DNA from: a virus
Lineage: Duplodnaviria > Caudoviricetes
DNA: 28,673 bases
Reading direction: 5' to 3' (one strand)
IMG/VR virus record: IMGVR_UViG_3300044513_002633
Coordinates: 1 to 28,673 of that record
The first letter of the stretch is position 1, and every line of letters starts with the position of its first letter. Both the position numbers and the translations under genes were made by a program. Under the pieces are notes generated by a model that saw only the letters and a list, made by a program, of their open reading frames with translations, was not told the DNA's origin and ran no database searches. Shown piece by piece: positions 28,301-28,673 of this stretch.

Positions 28301-28673
28301 GTCGTAGTATAATACTTCTCCACTCAAATAATTATGATTGGGAACATTAAAAGTATCTGTAGATGATGAGCCAACATTAGTTGTTCCTATTTTCTTATTA
28401 TCGGTGGAAAAAACTGTGTAGTTGGGCAATCCAGAGGATGTTACATAGAAAAACTTCTCATCGGAGTCAATATAAGTGTTTTGAACTCCTGCTGAAATGT
28501 TTCCAAGATCTTGGAAATAATTACTATAGTGATTTACTTTGTAAATCTTTTTTCTCAATATAGATGATTCTAAAACAGTAAATGTTCCAGGATTCAATAC
28601 CTGAATTAGAACTGTATTTGCATATTTTTTAATTAGATCTGAAGAAGAGTACTCTACGTCAATAATTTTAGCT
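16304..28673 (-). CDS. gp7: Giant baseplate wedge initiator (cyanophage gp7-like), 5'-partial, >=4122 aa
   Basis: The frame is open to the right edge (AKIIDVEYSSSDLIKKYANTVLIQVLN...), so the track's TTG start at 28597 is not the true start. It contains DNFYYQKFAYSIK...W...V..IVHPSGFKEFSD, many GxGY and H[GN]xxxG[DE] beta repeats and C-terminal GRYSWAKI, and lies immediately upstream of gp8. Confidence 0.88.
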   Translation of the reverse strand, partial: AKIIDVEYSSSDLIKKYANTVLIQVLNPGTFTVLESSILRKKIYKVNHYSNYFQDLGNISAGVQNTYIDSDEKFFYVTSSGLPNYTVFSTDNKKIGTTNVGSSSTDTFNVPNHNYLSGEVLYYDNTTGNSGISTGLYYATRVDKNNIKLSYSKSDIFSKKYININPGITGDVFYKSGYEEKTLKHQKLLKKFPFRSTKSLFDDLNERTTFNRELGMLINGVEILSPTLFDENIYYGGLSSIDVTNPGEEYDVIESPPIEVRDETGGSVKAHLNLSGTVRDIKILNAGYGYQEKPKVTIIGGNGVGCALESNFVSTRVSVGFKADLNVETIGNTIQFLTTIPFEDGEEVIYDSNKNTNLPGIVDSSTYFVGILTDNKIKLFNTQQDALRKENEIDIVGVSSGFHFIATLKNKNTFTKIYVKDPGRGYSNRKVKVPSLLSANNNISGINTFDSYVYAKNHGFSNEEYVLYQSTGTPISGLSTSLYYQVKVVDNNRFRLYNAGVSTQLSSENYDKNKFVKFESLGVGTHTFGYPPIEIKVESKSGTGATTIINSELIPIVLGSIDDVYLEDGGVGFGCTDIINFHRRPDVGVSSVTSNAILKPIIIDGSIVDVQIINKGKGFRKNCEILVDGVGSFAQLEPIISEGSIEAVNIVFGGVGYGSSNTTLTLKNRGQNAKFLANVTEWKINQVFKSKDIINKDDDGILYSSKNKDLGLQFISFYVPKILRYQLSDNFTEDNKESTGTVNHSPILGYAYDGNPIYGPYAYNTTTGGFIRRMNPGYVLDVDTTSGKRPPSFEGGFFVNDYKYDGSGDLDIHNGRFAITPEYPNGVYAYFSTIDVSASNESTPKYPYVVGPYFYNKPVEENFLPAFNQDFNVFDTTLTRNIGPYYLNRASSSYDLIETVLEEYKQEFSVTTINSGKIENVSIFSSGDNYKVNDPVDVDATGSGGVQPNIVVSELDGREVGAFTVVQEKIANAEFNIRTPNTVIRTSGPHEIGNGQPITIIGISTITSAPFEGVKIAEVKNKEVELSEDIADEATTTKFTFIKVKDVNGFQVNDFIGIGTEKLLITKIDVQRSGFHVNRLENTGIHTISGGNVTLLPREFSIPTGNVTDYVIKNYTTFFDPKTDVGIGTTGSFVTVTGFGNSTTETRFIPARSIYIPGHKFFTGQPLKYNSGSGFAGTSLYVNNVGVAQSIQLENDQTVYAVNLGRDFIGLSTVGFTTSSSNGIGTNNTSVEFWDQEDFAGVIGAAHSLTTVHPKITATLEKSSGIVTTTSNHNLQVNDEINFNVSTDYNEVVKVFFDPVNRKVLMREIDFSDSDVSLSDSSIDVSSYTGNIVTGDKVVYISAYPINGLENYSTYYVLRTDPNTIKLCKYRSDIEDSNFIKFTSIGGTDQKLHFINPQITCIRTTKIEFDVSDSSLSSLNLQFYFDVNFVEKINERTGFFVEREGTPGDAGAKIILDLSAQFFPIYYGLFTKGTSEQSKNQISTDVDVLSHNKISIVNHRLNSRFKITSVSDKSFTFFSDKKPTFIENQILTESLTTFSYKTTSLSALGPISKLKINFPGRGFNKVPRVREVRSEKGTNAVVKLISPNIGRVETFTRVKDGFDYPTDPTLSPSLSVPTVLGVKDIRTIDYIGITTGGRRYNSPPKLLVRNNDLGIELGAIISGGSVTNVTINKNSTSIAKPLEVITIFNSNGYEIDNITTVGDSVTLELSNVAGLTPFIPTGFGSTDFVYPFNVGDQIFVENCRLTDETRNLGRANFNSSSYDYVFFTVTGISSINNTVTYDMTGISTGTFGDYSDEFNLGTVINKNDMPVFEMILKDDVNYASNEVVTSPRFSGRIMERGWDGRLNQMRLKNVSGDITVGDKIYGETSKITGTVEYFDKFNLFATLGVSRDKTASVDLSSGILNEYSQRISDNFYYQKFAYSIKGGIPYSTWRESVRSIVHPSGFKEFSDLEIVTSPTQNEVNVGIARSVNMKPRLAVSDSFTFLNVDEVIPMNTRKNFARVYEEELLENGSTQNVYFDEGVDLEAFIMNRTNKVLNIDDISDQFNGTSEQYLRGRYADASDLLDLNKQFIQEEVVAFVEFNYPNIGLSTTYSREKCLRDTGFIVDAVSHDLKYNSNNKSVEAGLAYWDAGSSYVTNETEETLFAYNYVKFIGQYVINNQTPPTLYQSSVQQQFNFTVTPDPLNANVNRYKDSRNLILANKREIQDRSLASVAIGFPDFYFPGDAQTNERSRYYDGYRLIQVNRQEIVDTSYSNSLSVYPGLSTVTSQFKSDLGKFVDAVSVDIFTGGNTYSREFTASYFNNDIIIPGSLTGGQSESLYGFVQSRDLMRSAVRNGLSIQDLTVTDGPPTYGVGTTVSNTDSNACSDVQSNIITLVGVITSIISLGSTATLPVLNVGTYTTGGNKCFRDLGYIIDGVAQDLSYGTNQHTIYNTKKYFDGVGAALTDGLLGEEAESVYVFESSKGYMKNAVTNQLYSKDLTITADPLTGFNTDPSSCADVRTNIDTLVGILTVAIGNSSLAGIPTEFYGTADCADVRSSLGNYVGIITTIIGLGTNFAPDLTFPSLTRGGAVVGLSTFKLKNKGTSLFKHEFTGSSIDLTTDTFTIPNHNFQSGQELIYSYSNGSPIGIATTSYVSGTVDSLLNVYDFDGTAVFENGYAAALTTSITGVSTVLSPVGPSFKQYVQTVGNGTTGTSAEFNVTITYSVSTGQPLSTSITLIKGGSGYSVGETVSIAGTYIGGATPTNDLSFVVSATGPTVLDAEANQSYSEVPSSDATGATFNVFRNNDGEIASVDVLNGGSGYDANSIISIAGTYIGGSGSNDDLSFRPLELGTDSLPSNLFVFKLNDNQFKLSGLSTSVFLNLTGVGTATHALEYKDPNASVIITIDGVIQKPLSRKSLEVVLSSSVSTASTNILSVASGISSLNVRDIISLDSELVSIKKIGVTSENHVEVERGYFGTVATAHTVGVAATVLNGSFNVIGDVIYFDTAPYGQIGPVGLETGSIFGGRAFSRRFDAGTPEDKNVLFDDISLSFTGIAATEFTLKVNNQPTDTVFNDVNSSTEISNNPIVLINNVFQNPSVDYTVDGSGTNVLRFLTGTPNAGRISKVSVSTSFGYDPIIGAAATVVVSAAGTISDVVVTGGGSGYRSAPVVSIASTIGTGASITATVSAAGTITGYTIVNPGSGYTTTSLPIAVIGIPTGYSALSLGYTGGTSGVGQDARVSIQIGMGSSVISYKFDRPGVGYKVGDKLTPIGIPTSAPFYQFELTVEEVQTDTFAGFYPGQFIQFDDISSFFNGFRKKFTLATTLNGVRTVIGLKVPDGTDLDITNNIFIYINDVLQVPGTSYSFSGSRITFTEAPKAGSKCVILYYRGSSADVELVDPPKTIKPGDNITIQENPLDPFDISQFDRVVKKIVTSDQLETFNYYSVGIITDPTRIRPLTWKKQLQDTVINGTLYSKSRPSLQSGVKPFATVIKKIEPDDTSIYVDNAYPLFTDIDKLSEDIRDILILENKTVEQCLAETVVATSSTVSTINITTGGVGYANTSSPKVIISESSIIQKDPIFNWKGSTGLTTTYSLNSVKFNDRFVAVGANAVYATSYDGIDWQLGTVGFGQTESIDFNSIESVGIGTSNLLVSVGSLGKIVKATDYNTSTSVWEQIPLKEDVAIPGFGVVNQVGSGYTGTFNQIVYSSITDSWVAVGAAGSIFVATGVTTDAFINRFSSTLSDLNSVAFGTEYFVAVGADGVIRTSNNGAIWENASSPVSTNLNKVIYADGKFVAVGNNGKVLRNLTRDTYEIISNNLGVLDITNVYYSYGFYVATVSNGDLYYSFDLSDWIYRSTNQSNYINDFVFEDSLGADGRYVIVGVGATSMYAEPVLNRATAISSVTNGVVTSIEVDNPGFGYDPNNPPPAIIELDTYKTETVKSFKVVGDFGTIIGIQTYISGTPGIGTTSPKISFTLKSEQYDNSTLGIGYSSLNVLGVTNSQLAKGDYFVITDSNVETGGNLIGISTLLGGMASYPDSVVGVATQFIDGVYRVEDVTAPSIGIVTVTCNFAPMIDNYVQVWPRGENDTGVNTGGFYGRYSWAKIYDYQNRILGNPKTFDVFVDNGITGLSTSPKVLRTRNVVSQ
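17063..17995 (-). other. Seven-blade Asp-box/BNR (Ycf48-like) beta-propeller within gp7
   Basis: Seven blades: FVAVGANAVYATSYDGIDW, LVSVGSLGKIVKATD, WVAVGAAGSIFVATG, FVAVGADGVIRTSNNGAIW, FVAVGNNGKVLRNLT, YVATVSNGDLYYSFDLSDW, YVIVGVGATSMYAE. Confidence 0.8.
21023..22504 (-). other. Three nested helical, phycobiliprotein-like domains within gp7
   Basis: Three RY.D...LI..N...I starts, three KC.RD.G...D.V..D[LI]-type helices (one lacking Cys), three E[ST][LV][FY].[FY] helices and three C[AS]DV helices. Confidence 0.6.
26107..28452 (-). other. Split, degenerate YHYH-family domain within gp7
   Basis: The N part is YVTSSGLPNY..LLKKFP..LGMLINGVEI. The C part is HSPILGYAYDGNPIYGPY..DY.Y.GSGDLDIHNGRF..TPEYPNGVYAYF..YPYVVGP. 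About 500 aa of beta repeats lie between them. Confidence 0.75.

Noticed and set aside
7288-28563. Numerous 60-126 aa plus-strand and off-frame ORFs within vrlC, gp8 and gp7
   Set aside because: They are fully nested in long genes and show shadow-frame composition (rich in P/V/L/S/I), with no independent expression signals noticed.
28595-28597. Track start (TTG) for gp7
   Set aside because: The frame stays open to the window edge, so the gene begins upstream.
1-28673. Stop-codon reassignment, introns or inteins, CRISPR arrays, tRNAs, mobile elements
   Set aside because: All long frames are open under the standard code with ordinary TAA/TGA ends. Intergenic gaps are under 90 nt, and I saw no intein, homing endonuclease, transposase or spaced-repeat signatures.

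Overview
This window is an AT-rich, gene-dense structural (baseplate and fibre) region of a T4-like cyanomyovirus (Kyanoviridae-type), with every credible gene on the minus strand. In transcription order it holds a giant gp7-like baseplate wedge initiator (>4100 aa, start outside the window), gp8 baseplate wedge, a VrlC/DUF4815 virion protein (2507 aa), three small proteins (81, 110 and 225 aa), a 335-aa structural protein with its own late promoter and terminator, a 122-aa protein, and a giant acidic repeat protein. That last gene (>=1450 aa, GTG start at 4351, running off the left edge) is missing from the ORF track; I translated it by hand. Four features stand out. (1) gp7 carries a ~490-aa helical cassette of three nested domains whose motif order matches the phycobiliprotein fold, including Cys84-like and beta-Cys155-like cysteines. 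(2) The unannotated repeat protein carries a Reelin-subrepeat-like jelly-roll domain. (3) The five left-hand genes look like a self-contained fibre or filament module. (4) gp7 also has a split, His-less YHYH domain and a 7-blade Asp-box propeller. Domain calls come from motif recognition and reference sequences recalled from memory, not from searches.
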